Under the pieces are notes generated by a model, which searched no databases, was not told where the DNA came from, and was given only the letters and a program-made list of their open reading frames with translations. Made by a program: the position numbers and the translations under genes. Positions 1-10,573 of a stretch of 64,000 nucleotides of DNA are shown here, in pieces. This DNA is from Minisyncoccota bacterium (GTDB lineage: Bacteria; Patescibacteriota; Minisyncoccia; Phycocordibacterales; JABAAK01). Each line of letters starts with the position of its first letter. Position 1 is the first letter of the stretch. Location of the stretch: positions 52,133 to 116,132 of the forward strand of contig OY282360.1 of NCBI GenBank assembly GCA_958295675.1. The letters run 5' to 3'.

Positions 1-1
1 T

Positions 2-124
2 AATACCGTTTCCCCGAATACCACGGTACAGGTATCAGAAGAAGATAAGGAAAAAATTAAATCATTGGTATCAGATCTCACAAATCAAAATGACACACAG
101 GAAGTGTACACCAATGAAGTGTAA
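2..124 (+). CDS. yebC: C-terminal fragment of YebC/PmpR family protein (5' truncated by window)
   Basis: Frame 2 reads ...PNTTVQVSEEDKEKIKSLVSDLTNQNDTQEVYTNEV*, like the YebC C-terminal DDVQxVYxN motif; directly upstream of ruvC, the usual synteny. Confidence 0.7.
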   Translation, partial: NTVSPNTTVQVSEEDKEKIKSLVSDLTNQNDTQEVYTNEV

Positions 125-127
125 TAT

Positions 128-625
128 ATGAAACTTATATCCGTAGATCCGGGATACGGGCGAACAGGGTTCGCGATTCTGTCAGAAAAAGACAGAAAAC
201 CAATTCTTGTACACTCCGAGTGCTTTGAGACCGAAAAAAACACACCATATGAAGAACGGCTCACATTTGTCGGCAGACGACTGGAATACCTAATAAAAAC
301 ATATGGGCCGAACCATATGGCTATTGAAAAACTTTTCTTCGCAAAAAACAAAAAAACAGCGATGCATATCGCCGAGGTGCGCGGCATGTGTATCTATCAG
401 GCAAAGAACTTAAACATAGATATCACGGAATACACACCGAATCAGATAAAAAACGCGGTGACCGGAAACAGCAATGCGAACAAAAAAGATATTATCCGCA
501 TGATACCTCTCCTAATAACAATGAACGGAACGCAAAAAAAGCATGATGACGAATACGATGCGATAGCTGCCGGCATCACCCATCTTGCCGCGGCACGAGG
601 TGTGCATGTTGGCGAAGCGATATAA
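128..625 (+). CDS. ruvC: Crossover junction endodeoxyribonuclease RuvC
   Basis: VDPGYGRTG, AIEKLFF, EYTPNQIK, DDEYDAIA motifs. Confidence 0.95.
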   Translation: MKLISVDPGYGRTGFAILSEKDRKPILVHSECFETEKNTPYEERLTFVGRRLEYLIKTYGPNHMAIEKLFFAKNKKTAMHIAEVRGMCIYQAKNLNIDITEYTPNQIKNAVTGNSNANKKDIIRMIPLLITMNGTQKKHDDEYDAIAAGITHLAAARGVHVGEAI

Positions 626-657
626 GAAGGTATGCTGTACATAAGACACACAGATTT

Positions 658-3006
658 ATGATGAAACATAAAAAATACAGGTATGCGAAAGATATAATCC
701 TGCTCGGTGTATCGGGATGTTTTTTACTGATTGGCTGCATCGTTCTTTTCTATGCTCTCACACCGTTGCCGGATGTGGAAATAGAAAATATCGCGACCAA
801 ACAATCAATTGTCCTTGAAGACAGGAACGGTGAATTCCTCTTTGATTTCTCCAAAAATGAGAAAAGGATTTATACACCCCTCGGAGACATATCTGAAAAT
901 ATTATAGACGCGACAATCGCGATAGAAGACCATCTGTTTTTTGAACATAAAGGCATACGAATCGGCGCGTTCTTACGGGCACTGGTGAACAATATACGAA
1001 CCATGTCTTTCAGTCAGGGAGGGTCAACCATAACGCAGCAGGTGATAAAAAATGTTTTTCTTACAACAGAAAAAAACATAGAGAGAAAAATGAAAGAATT
1101 TCTTCTCGCAAAAAAACTTGAAGAACGGCTCGGCAAGGAAGATATCCTGGAATTATATCTCAACACCATACCGTACGGCGGCATAATCTACGGCATCGGT
1201 GAAGCGAGCAATTCATTTTTTGGGAAAAAGCCGAGCGAAATAACCATAGCCGAAGCGGCATATCTTGCGGCAATACCGAACGCACCAACCTATTTCTCAC
1301 CTTACGGATCTCACAAATCTGCACTGGAGGCGAGGAAAAATCTAGTTTTAGCGCGCATGCTTGAGTACGAACTTATCACCAGAAAAGAATACGCCGAAGC
1401 GAGGAAAGAACATGTTTACTTCCAGGAACAGGCCGCGTTTTCAATACAGGCACCACACTTTGTGTTCTTTGTGAAAGAGCATCTCGAGCGGGAGCACGGT
1501 GCAACTCTAAAACCGCTTGAGGGAACAAGAATACGCACCACCATTGATGTGAAACTGCAGAACGACATAGAAAAAATCATCACCGAATTCGGACCAACAT
1601 TTGAAGAGCGATATGGCGGAAAAAATATAGCATCTGTAGTGCTTGCAGCGAAAACTGGTGAGATACTGGCAATGGTCGGATCCAGAAACTTCTTTAACAA
1701 CGAAATTGACGGCAGGGTGAATATCATAACATCGTACAGGCAGCCAGGATCCACCTTCAAACCCATATCATACGCGAAAGCAATGGAAAAAGGTCTCCGT
1801 CCGGAAACGATTGTTTACGATGTTCCGACCCAGTTCAACAGTTCCTGTGATACGGATAAGTTTGAGACAACAAAAACTGACGGATGTTACTCACCGATCA
1901 ACTACACCGGAAAGTTTGCCGGTCCGGTATCGCTTCGTGAAGCACTCGCTCAATCAATTAACATCCCTGCTATCAAGGTACTGTATATAGCAGGAATCAA
2001 TGAAGTTGTAGATTTGGCGGAAGATATGGGAATTAACTCCATAAAAGATAAAAATCGGTTCCACGGCCTCAGTTTGGGGCTTGGCAGCGCGGAAATCACA
2101 CCATTAGAGCTGGCGCAAGCATATAGTGTTTTTGCGAATGACGGGATATTTATACCGTACATGTGGCTTCCAAATCAAGATAGGAATGGAAAAAGAAGAG
2201 TTCTTTCAAAAGATGCCGCACGGGATATCACCAGCATACTCACCGATGACAGCGCACGAGCGCCGCTATTCGGAAGAGGGTCTCCTCTGCACATCACCAA
2301 CCCTCGTGTCGCGGTAAAAACAGGAACGACGAACAACTCGGTGGACCTGTGGGTTGTCGGCTATTCACCCGATCTGGTTGTACTTGTATGGGGAGGGAAT
2401 TCAGACGGAACACCTCTTGAAATCGGAGCATCCGGTCTCGCATTCTCAAAAACATTCAAGAACATTATGCTCACCGCATCAGCAAAGTACGGAAATAAAG
2501 GGGCGTACTTCCCGACAAATACAAACGCATCTCATGGCGGTCCGAACATTCTTTTCGGAAAAATAAACACTGATGATCAGCACAGCATTCTTCACTACAT
2601 CCAAAAAGATGACATCGCGCAGGAACAAGAAAACCCTGAAAATGATGCGCAATATACACATTGGGAGTATGCCGTGCAACATTGGCTACAAAATAACGGT
2701 GAAAAAGAAATACAACAAAATAACAATCAGCAGGAACGCGCGCGCAGTTTCCAAATTCAATCACCGGAGCCGGGATCCGCAATACCGAGAGACCGCACAG
2801 TGACCATCATAACGACACAGGTACTCGCTGAAAACACACAATATGAATTCTATGTGAATGATCGTCTTATTGGCTCATCACATATCCCCCTGTTTGGATT
2901 TAATCCGGCGGTATCATCAGCTGATGAGAATGTGATTATACGGGTTGTCGCAAACAGTCCGATCGGAACATTTGTCGCGGAGGAATCCTATACAATTCAG
3001 AACTAA
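658..3006 (+). CDS. Class A penicillin-binding protein (transglycosylase/transpeptidase) with C-terminal Ig-like domain
   Basis: N-terminal TM; EDHLFFEH, GGSTITQQVIKN, RKMKE; QPGSTFKP (SxxK), QSIN, KTGT. Confidence 0.93.
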   Translation: MMKHKKYRYAKDIILLGVSGCFLLIGCIVLFYALTPLPDVEIENIATKQSIVLEDRNGEFLFDFSKNEKRIYTPLGDISENIIDATIAIEDHLFFEHKGIRIGAFLRALVNNIRTMSFSQGGSTITQQVIKNVFLTTEKNIERKMKEFLLAKKLEERLGKEDILELYLNTIPYGGIIYGIGEASNSFFGKKPSEITIAEAAYLAAIPNAPTYFSPYGSHKSALEARKNLVLARMLEYELITRKEYAEARKEHVYFQEQAAFSIQAPHFVFFVKEHLEREHGATLKPLEGTRIRTTIDVKLQNDIEKIITEFGPTFEERYGGKNIASVVLAAKTGEILAMVGSRNFFNNEIDGRVNIITSYRQPGSTFKPISYAKAMEKGLRPETIVYDVPTQFNSSCDTDKFETTKTDGCYSPINYTGKFAGPVSLREALAQSINIPAIKVLYIAGINEVVDLAEDMGINSIKDKNRFHGLSLGLGSAEITPLELAQAYSVFANDGIFIPYMWLPNQDRNGKRRVLSKDAARDITSILTDDSARAPLFGRGSPLHITNPRVAVKTGTTNNSVDLWVVGYSPDLVVLVWGGNSDGTPLEIGASGLAFSKTFKNIMLTASAKYGNKGAYFPTNTNASHGGPNILFGKINTDDQHSILHYIQKDDIAQEQENPENDAQYTHWEYAVQHWLQNNGEKEIQQNNNQQERARSFQIQSPEPGSAIPRDRTVTIITTQVLAENTQYEFYVNDRLIGSSHIPLFGFNPAVSSADENVIIRVVANSPIGTFVAEESYTIQN

Positions 3007-3013
3007 CAGGCAT

Positions 3014-4126
3014 CTATTTTTCAAGCAGCGGCGAAATAATTGTGGTAAGTGTTGTGTCATCAGCACCGCGAATCATAAGCGGTTTTGTTGCATCATTCAC
3101 CACACTGAAAACAATACGGTCGTCAGATATGACTGACAGCGCATCACTGACAAAGCGATAATTAAAGGACGGTAATGTATCAACCTTGCCTCGCATGGTT
3201 GCCGGGACAATATTTCTGGTTGATCCGACTGTTTCATTATCAAAACCAAGGAGAATTGATGACGCATCCTTAATATCAAACGAAAGTTTATTCAATTTAT
3301 CTGAAAATAGACGGGCCTTTTTCAAAAAATTCAAAAAATCACTCCGTAAAACAGTTATTTCAAGATCAAAATTACCCGGTATTATATTCCTATAATCGGG
3401 GAAACTGCCTTTCACGCTGTTCATCTTTATCAGCACATTTTCAGTAACCACAGTTATGGTGCCATCATAAACATACAAACTGACATCAGGGCTTGCAATA
3501 CCCTCTAAAACACGCAATATTTTAAGCACGCTCTTGATGGGAATGATAACAGATATATCATCACTTTGTGTTTCCTCCAGCAAAAACCTTGCTTCGGCAA
3601 GACGAAATGCATCAGTTGAAACAAAGTAAACTGAATCATTTTTTGTGTGTAAATACACACTTGCTATTTCAGGTTTTATCGCGCTTTCTGATGCGGCATG
3701 CTGCACATTCTTAAATCCTTGTACCAGCACCTCTCGTTTGATAACAAAAGATGGTTTTCCATCGGGCTTATCACCTTCAACAACGACATCGTCACCGCTT
3801 AGGATATATATTTCTGAGGTGCTGGTGTTGGTGCGGACAAGAATCTTCTTTTCCTCAAGTTCAATGGTTGTCATTGTATCTACTAACGATCCGACAACGC
3901 CGTCCAGTGCATGTATAGGAATAAAGGCTGTTCCATCCCGAACCTCGTCAACATCAACGGTGTATATAATATTAAAATCAAACTGCTGAGTTTTGAAAGA
4001 AACTTTTTGTGAAGAAACCTGAACAAGAATACCCCCGGATGATGAGCCCGGCACCTCTTTCGCAACAACTCTTGCGAGGGTGTTTGTGATGTTTTTCAAT
4101 ATATCTGTCTGTAGTGTAAATTTCAT
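3014..4126 (-). CDS. dnaN: DNA polymerase III beta sliding clamp
   Basis: STDAFRLA, GSFPDYRNII, FNYRFV; 370 aa; downstream of dnaA. Confidence 0.95.
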   Translation of the reverse strand: MKFTLQTDILKNITNTLARVVAKEVPGSSSGGILVQVSSQKVSFKTQQFDFNIIYTVDVDEVRDGTAFIPIHALDGVVGSLVDTMTTIELEEKKILVRTNTSTSEIYILSGDDVVVEGDKPDGKPSFVIKREVLVQGFKNVQHAASESAIKPEIASVYLHTKNDSVYFVSTDAFRLAEARFLLEETQSDDISVIIPIKSVLKILRVLEGIASPDVSLYVYDGTITVVTENVLIKMNSVKGSFPDYRNIIPGNFDLEITVLRSDFLNFLKKARLFSDKLNKLSFDIKDASSILLGFDNETVGSTRNIVPATMRGKVDTLPSFNYRFVSDALSVISDDRIVFSVVNDATKPLMIRGADDTTLTTIISPLLEK

Positions 4127-4358
4127 ATATAAAATATATTATTAGTATTATATATGGGTAAAAGTGTAAAAGCAAAAAATGTAATGAAACAAGCGTGTTT
4201 TTTCAGCAAAAGTTTTATGTACAAATATGTGTGTAATTTTTTGTAATTCATGGAATAAGTCGGTAAAAATATTTTTAATATCATTTTATGTGTACAAGAA
4301 AGACAATTAACAAGTTTTAGAGAAAATTTTAAAACTTTTACACAAAGTTTTCCATGTG
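4127..4358. other. AT-rich dnaA-dnaN intergenic region with degenerate DnaA-box-like 9-mers (canonical oriC position)
   Basis: TGTGTGTAA 4228-4236, ATGGAATAA 4250-4258, TGTGTACAA 4289-4297, TTTTACACA 4336-4344; no perfect TTATCCACA. Confidence 0.45.
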
Positions 4359-5720
4359 TTATATGTCAATTGTTTTCATCAAAGAGTCAAAATCTTTCTG
4401 AACAATGGAATTACTTTGCATCTCTTTCTGTATTTTTTCACATGCGTGCATGACTGTTGTGTGATCTCTGTTTCCGAATTGTTTGCCGATAAAGGAATAC
4501 GAAAGCCCTAAGTGCTCTCTGAAGATGTACATTATCACCTGTCTCGCATGCACCACCTCCCTTTTGCGCAACTTTGTTGAAAGAAGACCTGGTTGTATTT
4601 TATAAAATTCACAGACAATTTCAACAACATGTTCGTACGGTACAGAGGTTTTGGGGCGCACATGATTCCGTATATACTTCTTAACAGTAACAAGATCAAC
4701 CTGTTTTTGAGATGATTCCGCGGTGTGAAGGTGGATGCTTTTCAATGCCCCGCTCACCTCCCGTATATTTTTTGATACCTTTTCCACAACATAATCAATC
4801 GCATCGGGTGTCATATTTAAGCCCATCTTTCCTGCTTTTTCGGTGCAAACAATACGCATATCCTCATATTTTGGCTGTTCAATATCAATAACAACACCGG
4901 AGTTCAGGCGCGTTCTGATGCGGTCTTCCATTTTGTCCAGTTCCGCCGGGGGTTTGTCTGATGAAAGAACTATCTGCGCGTTTTTGTTTACCAGTGCATT
5001 GAACAGGTGAAACAATTCCATGAGAGTTGATTCGCTTTTCTGTAAAAAATGCACATCATCTATGACAAACAGCTGATAACTTCGGTACATATTCCTGAAT
5101 TCCTTCATGCGGTCTTTTTTCAGCGCAGAGATATAGTTTTCCACAAATGTTTCACTGGTTGTGTAATGCACATTTATTGAAGGATTTATTTTTTTTATCT
5201 TGTTGCCGATTGCCTGCAGAAGATGTGTTTTACCGACACCGGTCGGTCCGTATACATAAAACGGGTTGTACATTGTTCCGAATTTTTCTATAATTGTCTG
5301 AGCCGCTGTATATGCGAATCTGTTGTAAGGAGCAATAACAAAATCTTCAAAGGTAAGATCAGGATTAAGATTGGTTTCTTTATCAAAAGTATTCAATTCA
5401 AGCGGGAAACTTTTTATTTTACTCTTCGGTTTCACCGCTTTCTTGATTATCCTTCGTGATATGGTTAATTTTACACTGCGGACATTGGGACTTGCTTTCA
5501 TAACCTCAGAAGCAATGATACTCTGATAGTTTTTTTGTATCCACCCGCGGGTTAATTCATTCGGCACACCCAAAACAAGCACTCGCCCCTCTTCTTCAAA
5601 CCTGAGCGGAAATACACCCGAAAGCCATGTGTTAAAACTGTTCGCTGAAATGTACTCTTTAACAATCTCAGATACTTCAATCCATAGTGTTTGTATATCA
5701 AGGATGCGTGCAACATTCAT
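4359..5720 (-). CDS. dnaA: Chromosomal replication initiator DnaA
   Basis: [20 protein letters not shown] Walker [24 protein letters not shown] domain IV. Confidence 0.97.
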   Translation of the reverse strand: MNVARILDIQTLWIEVSEIVKEYISANSFNTWLSGVFPLRFEEEGRVLVLGVPNELTRGWIQKNYQSIIASEVMKASPNVRSVKLTISRRIIKKAVKPKSKIKSFPLELNTFDKETNLNPDLTFEDFVIAPYNRFAYTAAQTIIEKFGTMYNPFYVYGPTGVGKTHLLQAIGNKIKKINPSINVHYTTSETFVENYISALKKDRMKEFRNMYRSYQLFVIDDVHFLQKSESTLMELFHLFNALVNKNAQIVLSSDKPPAELDKMEDRIRTRLNSGVVIDIEQPKYEDMRIVCTEKAGKMGLNMTPDAIDYVVEKVSKNIREVSGALKSIHLHTAESSQKQVDLVTVKKYIRNHVRPKTSVPYEHVVEIVCEFYKIQPGLLSTKLRKREVVHARQVIMYIFREHLGLSYSFIGKQFGNRDHTTVMHACEKIQKEMQSNSIVQKDFDSLMKTIDI

Positions 5721-5799
5721 ATGCTTGTATTGTTCCCTATCCGACCCATTATGACAATAGTCAAAAAAGCGAGAAAACCGAAAAGACAGAAGAGAGATT

Positions 5800-5808
5800 T
5801 GTGCATAA
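5800..5808 (-). promoter_or_regulatory. DnaA box upstream of dnaA
   Basis: TGTGCATAA = TTATGCACA on minus strand, one mismatch from TTATCCACA. Confidence 0.6.
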
Positions 5809-5836
5809 CTTGTTAATTAGTCGTCAGTATCGCCTA

Positions 5837-5865
5837 TTGCACCGACAGGCAGCTTGCTGTATACT
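5837..5865 (+). promoter_or_regulatory. sigma70-type promoter for rpmH
   Basis: TTGCAC-17 nt-TATACT. Confidence 0.55.
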
Positions 5866-5878
5866 CAACAAACATAGA

Positions 5879-6025
5879 GTGCAAACTATTATGAAAACAA
5901 AAGTGAAGAAAAGAATGCGTAAACACGGATTTTTAGCGCGCAGTAAAACACCCGCCGGTCGGAGGGTGCTTGCTCGGCGTCGAACAAAGGGCAGATCAAG
6001 ATTAGGTGTAAAAGGTCGCGCGTAA
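5879..6025 (+). CDS. rpmH: 50S ribosomal protein L34
   Basis: [30 protein letters not shown]; GTG start at 5879 gives canonical length (ATG at 5891 is the alternative). Confidence 0.92.
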   Translation: MQTIMKTKVKKRMRKHGFLARSKTPAGRRVLARRRTKGRSRLGVKGRA

Positions 6026-6033
6026 TACAAACC

Positions 6034-6324
6034 ATGAAAACATCATTGTGCCGAGACGAGGTGGGGCAAATTCTAAAAAAAGGAAAGAGAATTATACGCG
6101 ATGATATGATTATAGTTCATAGCGGCAAAAAGTCCGATGCCTGCAAGTATGCGATTCTCGTATCAAAAAAGAAGGTAAGAACAAGCGCGGAAAGGAATAA
6201 AGTGCGGCGAATCATGAGGGAGGTATTGAGGGAGACACCGCTGCCGTTTTCAAGGTTTGTCATTGTCTGTACTGCTAAGAAATATACAAATAAAAGTGTC
6301 AGGCAATCTTTGCAGAAGCAATAG
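6034..6324 (+). CDS. rnpA: Ribonuclease P protein component
   Basis: VSKKKVRTSAERNKVRR motif; rpmH-rnpA-yidC synteny. Confidence 0.88.
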   Translation: MKTSLCRDEVGQILKKGKRIIRDDMIIVHSGKKSDACKYAILVSKKKVRTSAERNKVRRIMREVLRETPLPFSRFVIVCTAKKYTNKSVRQSLQKQ

Positions 6325-6360
6325 ATAATGCTGTATACTGAATGTCATCATATCTAATCT

Positions 6361-7095
6361 ATGGGATTTTTTTTCACAACCTTTTATCAGCCAATAGCAA
6401 ATGTTCTTTTCTGGGTGATGGATGTGTTCAACAATTATAATCTCGCGTTTGGGATTCTGCTGCTTGTCATTATCGTCAAACTCGTCGTGCTTCCGTTGTC
6501 AGTAAAAAACACCAAGTTTCAAATACGAATGAAAGCCATCACGGACGATTTAAAAAAAATACGGGATACCATAAAAGATAAAAAAGAGCAGGCGGAAAAA
6601 ACGCTTGCTTTGTATAAAAAGGCCGGCATCAATCCTTTTACCCCTTTTCTTCTCCTGATTATACAAATACCGATATTCATCGGCGTTTTCTTTGTCGTTC
6701 GAGATTTGGGACAGGGAGATTTTTCGTACACAGACACACTCTACAGTTCCATTGTCCACCAGCCGATTGATCTGCAGTTTCTCTTTCTCAATCTTGCAGA
6801 TAAAGGCGGGCTTTTTATCGCATTGTTGGTCGGTATAACCCAATACATTTTAATGCATTTTTCTCAAAAACACCTCGGAACAACAGTATCAAAGGCACAA
6901 AAAATTGTTTTTACAGTCATTTTCCCCATCGTTGCGGGACTCATATCGTTTTTCTTTGTGGCTGCCGTCGGTGTTTACTGGTTGTTTATCAACCTTGTTT
7001 CAATACTGCAGGAATGTATTGTGCTGCATACTATACGGCAAAAGGAGAACAGGACACAGGACGACATCCCGGTATCTCCGCCAGATAATGTTTAA
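6361..7095 (+). CDS. yidC: Membrane protein insertase YidC/Oxa1 (short form)
   Basis: LYKKAGINP, IQIPIF, VGVYW; multiple TMs. Confidence 0.92.
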   Translation: MGFFFTTFYQPIANVLFWVMDVFNNYNLAFGILLLVIIVKLVVLPLSVKNTKFQIRMKAITDDLKKIRDTIKDKKEQAEKTLALYKKAGINPFTPFLLLIIQIPIFIGVFFVVRDLGQGDFSYTDTLYSSIVHQPIDLQFLFLNLADKGGLFIALLVGITQYILMHFSQKHLGTTVSKAQKIVFTVIFPIVAGLISFFFVAAVGVYWLFINLVSILQECIVLHTIRQKENRTQDDIPVSPPDNV

Positions 7096-7130
7096 AACAG
7101 AGTATTTCCAGTACAAAACGCAACAGATTA

Positions 7131-7158
7131 TTGACAATATAAATAATCACATTATAAT
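7131..7158 (+). promoter_or_regulatory. Near-consensus sigma70 promoter
   Basis: TTGACA 7131-7136, 16 nt, TATAAT 7153-7158. Confidence 0.6.
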
Positions 7159-7221
7159 AATAAATTGGTTGGCTCTTGACAGGGAGCCATTTCTTTTGCA
7201 CTCCATAAAACAGGAGGAAAG

Positions 7222-7533
7222 ATGATCAAACACGACATAGTCGGCTACCGTACCGAGGGTGGGGATATTGGGGCGGCGCGCCTTCTGGACATTTCTCGCG
7301 GATCAGTCGGAGAAGTCCAGCGGCTTGTCAAGAAATTGCCCGAAAACCGAGTCATCCTCATTATTGGCAATCCGGAGATGTTCGCCGATGTGGCAGCGAC
7401 AAAGGGCTGGCAATTGGGTGTTAGGTGTGACAGCAATAATCCACAGCAGTGGAGGTTTCGGGTTACAAACCACAACACCTTCTCAATATTTGTTGACAGC
7501 AGGTTGGTGACATTGTTCCCCACCGCCTGTTGA
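7222..7533 (+). CDS. Hypothetical protein (SD-led orphan)
   Basis: AGGAGG at 7212-7217, own promoter and terminator; no recognisable motif. Confidence 0.65.
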   Translation: MIKHDIVGYRTEGGDIGAARLLDISRGSVGEVQRLVKKLPENRVILIIGNPEMFADVAATKGWQLGVRCDSNNPQQWRFRVTNHNTFSIFVDSRLVTLFPTAC

Positions 7534-7538
7534 ACGCA

Positions 7539-7570
7539 AAGGACACCCTTTTGGGTGTCCTTATTTTTTT
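7539..7570 (+). terminator. Intrinsic terminator
   Basis: AAGGACACCC-TTTT-GGGTGTCCTT followed by ATTTTTTT, between convergent genes. Confidence 0.8.
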
Positions 7571-7579
7571 GCACAACAC

Positions 7580-8905
7580 CTATATTTTCAGCATCCACAA
7601 AGAAAGATCAGTTTTGTTCACAAAAAAGAAGAATGCTCCGTCCTCGCTTATTCTCGGATTCACAACATCAAATGTTCTGTTATTTGATAGCCGTTGAATG
7701 TCGCTTTGATTGGGTGCCATAAGAAGTTTTTTCTCGCCGGTAACCGCATTGATCAGTATTATTGAATCGTTCAGTGTAATATCCCCCTGGTACCACGAAT
7801 CAGGAAAATGTGTTTCGTATCCGGATCGTGTTCTCGCCGGAACAGTGTTCGGAACAGCGCAAACGAATATTCCGTTAAAGCCGTCACATTTTTCCGGCAG
7901 AGTCATCGGCATCTTCACCACCTTTTCCCTTGATTGCTCAGTGATAACAGTGCTTCCGACCAATTCTCGTTTATTGGCTCGATACAAAACAAAATAACCG
8001 GACGATGTATCAACAAATGCCGAACCGCCGGACGGCACATTGACTAATTTATTTATCGGTATCTCATCCCTGGGATCAAGAAGGTACACATGACCTTTTG
8101 TGAGGTCGCTTATTGGCGTGGCGAGGGTGATGTACTCATTTCTTCCCCATTGCGGCAGCCAGTTAGTGAAATCTGATTCCCATATTACTTTTGTCTCTTC
8201 AGGGTTGGCAACATTAATCACCATACCGACAGTTTTATCATTAAACGACCTGACAAAGAAAAGATGGTTTGTATTGTTTGTTGCCACGCGGATATTGTTC
8301 TCAAACATTTGAATATTGTCAGATTCGGATGGCGTAAAAGAAACAAATGCTGATTTAATAACTGTTTCATCTTCCGGGTTCTCGTATAGCATCAGTGTTT
8401 TTCCGTTTGAAAATATATGGCTCTCCCGCACCCTGACAAACTCGCCCGGAGAAACGAAATTAAGTGAGTATGGGAATGTTTGAATACGATACCTATCACC
8501 TCTTCCGCCTTCAACAACTCGCACAATCCACCGTCCGTCAGCATTCTTATCAATGCGGTATCCGGCGGTCGGTCCGGCAAACAATCGAACTAATCTCGGC
8601 GCGCTTTCCGGTTCATTTTCCACTCTTTCTTCTTCGTCAGGAATAAAAAACACACGATCATCTCGCGGACCTTGATCATCAATATCGGTCACAGTATTAT
8701 CAGAAGGAAATTGCTGTTCGGGCAGCACTGTTATATTGTCAGCACCGAGCTGTCTTTCCGCTGTTGTTACAGCATCTCCGTTGCTCCGCTCAGTGGTACT
8801 TATATTCGGTTCGTTGTTGAAAATAAGAAAAAAAAGCAGAACAAGAGCAATAACTGACAGTAAAAAAATAATAGCAATCGTGATTTTTTTCCCTGTTAAT
8901 TTCAT
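7580..8905 (-). CDS. Membrane-anchored hypothetical protein, beta-rich extracellular domain (last gene of T4SS-like cluster)
   Basis: N-terminal TM, acidic linker, TLPEKC...CAVP...FPDSWYQG; start moved to MKLTG. Confidence 0.75.
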   Translation of the reverse strand: MKLTGKKITIAIIFLLSVIALVLLFFLIFNNEPNISTTERSNGDAVTTAERQLGADNITVLPEQQFPSDNTVTDIDDQGPRDDRVFFIPDEEERVENEPESAPRLVRLFAGPTAGYRIDKNADGRWIVRVVEGGRGDRYRIQTFPYSLNFVSPGEFVRVRESHIFSNGKTLMLYENPEDETVIKSAFVSFTPSESDNIQMFENNIRVATNNTNHLFFVRSFNDKTVGMVINVANPEETKVIWESDFTNWLPQWGRNEYITLATPISDLTKGHVYLLDPRDEIPINKLVNVPSGGSAFVDTSSGYFVLYRANKRELVGSTVITEQSREKVVKMPMTLPEKCDGFNGIFVCAVPNTVPARTRSGYETHFPDSWYQGDITLNDSIILINAVTGEKKLLMAPNQSDIQRLSNNRTFDVVNPRISEDGAFFFFVNKTDLSLWMLKI

Positions 8906-8932
8906 GCATGCAGTATACAATAACTATTATAC

Positions 8933-9550
8933 TTAATTACACCACCAGATATGCCAACACCCATCGTCGTCCGGCGGCTCTGCGACATCGTCACCCTTAT
9001 CACCTTTCTGGGTTTGTAAACTGGTTTGTGAGAGTCCAGAAAGGAGTTTTGAATCTAATAGCCTTGGGTTTATAAATTGTAAAATAAGATAGGAAAGCAA
9101 GAGCAAAACAATAGCGATAACAACACCAGTCAGCTTTGTTCGCATATCAAGCACCTTGCCCACATTGCCGCTCAATTTTCCGTAAATCATGCCGGTGCCA
9201 TGTACCGCAAGCATAATAACCGCGATTGTGCCGGCAAATGTGATTAGTATTTTGAGTAGTCCGTTGATTATATCACGCAACGTATCCCCATCCTTCTCAA
9301 CCGCGATTGTCTTCGTTCCGTTTGGTACTAAACCAAAAATATCTGTGACCAGTTTTAATTTTTTAAAACTTTCTTCCCCTCCTGGTAGTGGTATAGCTCT
9401 TATGTTTTCCGTTTCGAGATCTGCTGCTGCTTTTTTAGCATCTATTTCTTCTTCCTCTGCGATAACCGGATGAAACAGAAAGGCGAGAGTAAAAATGCTA
9501 TAAAACAACAGCAAATGTATAGTGTGCTTTTTGATTCTTCCTATTTTCAT
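8933..9550 (-). CDS. VirB2/TrbC-like T4SS pilin
   Basis: Signal peptide plus two-TM hairpin ending LLLLSYLILQFINPRLL, typical of CPR pilins; start uncertain. Confidence 0.75.
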   Translation of the reverse strand: MKIGRIKKHTIHLLLFYSIFTLAFLFHPVIAEEEEIDAKKAAADLETENIRAIPLPGGEESFKKLKLVTDIFGLVPNGTKTIAVEKDGDTLRDIINGLLKILITFAGTIAVIMLAVHGTGMIYGKLSGNVGKVLDMRTKLTGVVIAIVLLLLSYLILQFINPRLLDSKLLSGLSQTSLQTQKGDKGDDVAEPPDDDGCWHIWWCN

Positions 9551-10508
9551 TTTCTGCCTGTATTCGCAGGGGTATAGTAACATCCTCCTGCCCATCCGCG
9601 GAAATATCAATTTTTCTACCTTCTTTGAGATGGTTTTGGTTGTTGTTCACAAACCACTTATATTGTATCGCATTTTTTTCAAAATCACCCTTACTGAAAT
9701 AAAACGGGTACACAGAGAAAGTTGCCGGTTTATCGTCGGATAAAGTAACATTTTTTGAGGCAGCGGCATTATCTGAAAGACCATGTAGGAGCGTTGAAGG
9801 ATAAACCAAAACCCTCGGTTCTGTTATAGGGACAAACAACACTCTTTCAAGCAACACATCGTTCCTGTTTATCAGCGTTGCTTCAACTCGCACAAAGACG
9901 GATTCACCAACATGTCGTGCACCCTTCCCGTACACCACACTACTGACCCCCGGTCCGCGGTCTTCAAGAAATTCAGATTTAACTTCCCAGCGAAACGAGA
10001 AATCGTCTTCTGTATATGTTGTGCCGTTTTGATCAATAAAATGTATTTTTGCGGAAATCTTTATCGGGGTTTCCGGGCTGACAAGACGGTGACCCCTATA
10101 CTGCGGTGTGGTCACCGCATCACCCTCCCACAGCAAATCAAAAACAATCGGTCTGACCCATTTTGTAACCTGCAAGGACCGCCTTTGGTCAAATGCGTTA
10201 AAATAAACAATATTCGCGACAATGTGTTTTGGGGAACTGTCAGTCGGCATGTCCAGCTGCAGTTTGTTTGCATATTGTTCCTGCTCATCGCCGTTGATGT
10301 ACCACCGAACCGATCGTATATTTGCCACCGAAGAACCGCCGGATCTGAGAGATGCTGTCACAAAACTGCCGGGAGATGGGTACTCTTCATCCAAAGAAAT
10401 GCTGTATGCGCCATGCTCTCCCTGCTGCGCGAGTGAAACTGTCGCTCCGACAAAAAACAGGAAAAGGAGGGTAATATAGGTAACGCAGGTGATATTTTTT
10501 ACATGCAT
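9498..10508 (-). CDS. Secreted hypothetical protein with repeated Ig/PKD-like units
   Basis: Signal peptide; recurring RWYING, FSFRW, YKWFVN motifs. Confidence 0.75.
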   Translation of the reverse strand: MHVKNITCVTYITLLFLFFVGATVSLAQQGEHGAYSISLDEEYPSPGSFVTASLRSGGSSVANIRSVRWYINGDEQEQYANKLQLDMPTDSSPKHIVANIVYFNAFDQRRSLQVTKWVRPIVFDLLWEGDAVTTPQYRGHRLVSPETPIKISAKIHFIDQNGTTYTEDDFSFRWEVKSEFLEDRGPGVSSVVYGKGARHVGESVFVRVEATLINRNDVLLERVLFVPITEPRVLVYPSTLLHGLSDNAAASKNVTLSDDKPATFSVYPFYFSKGDFEKNAIQYKWFVNNNQNHLKEGRKIDISADGQEDVTIPLRIQAENENRKNQKAHYTFAVVL

Positions 10509-10573
10509 ACACAGTAGTATACATCACTACAGGGAAGTTACTTGTTTCTTCGTGAATACGGCGATCCTCAACG

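Noticed and set aside
5687-5878. N-terminal extension of L34 in the ORF track
   Set aside because: Overlaps the dnaA start and promoter region; the canonical start lies at 5879/5891
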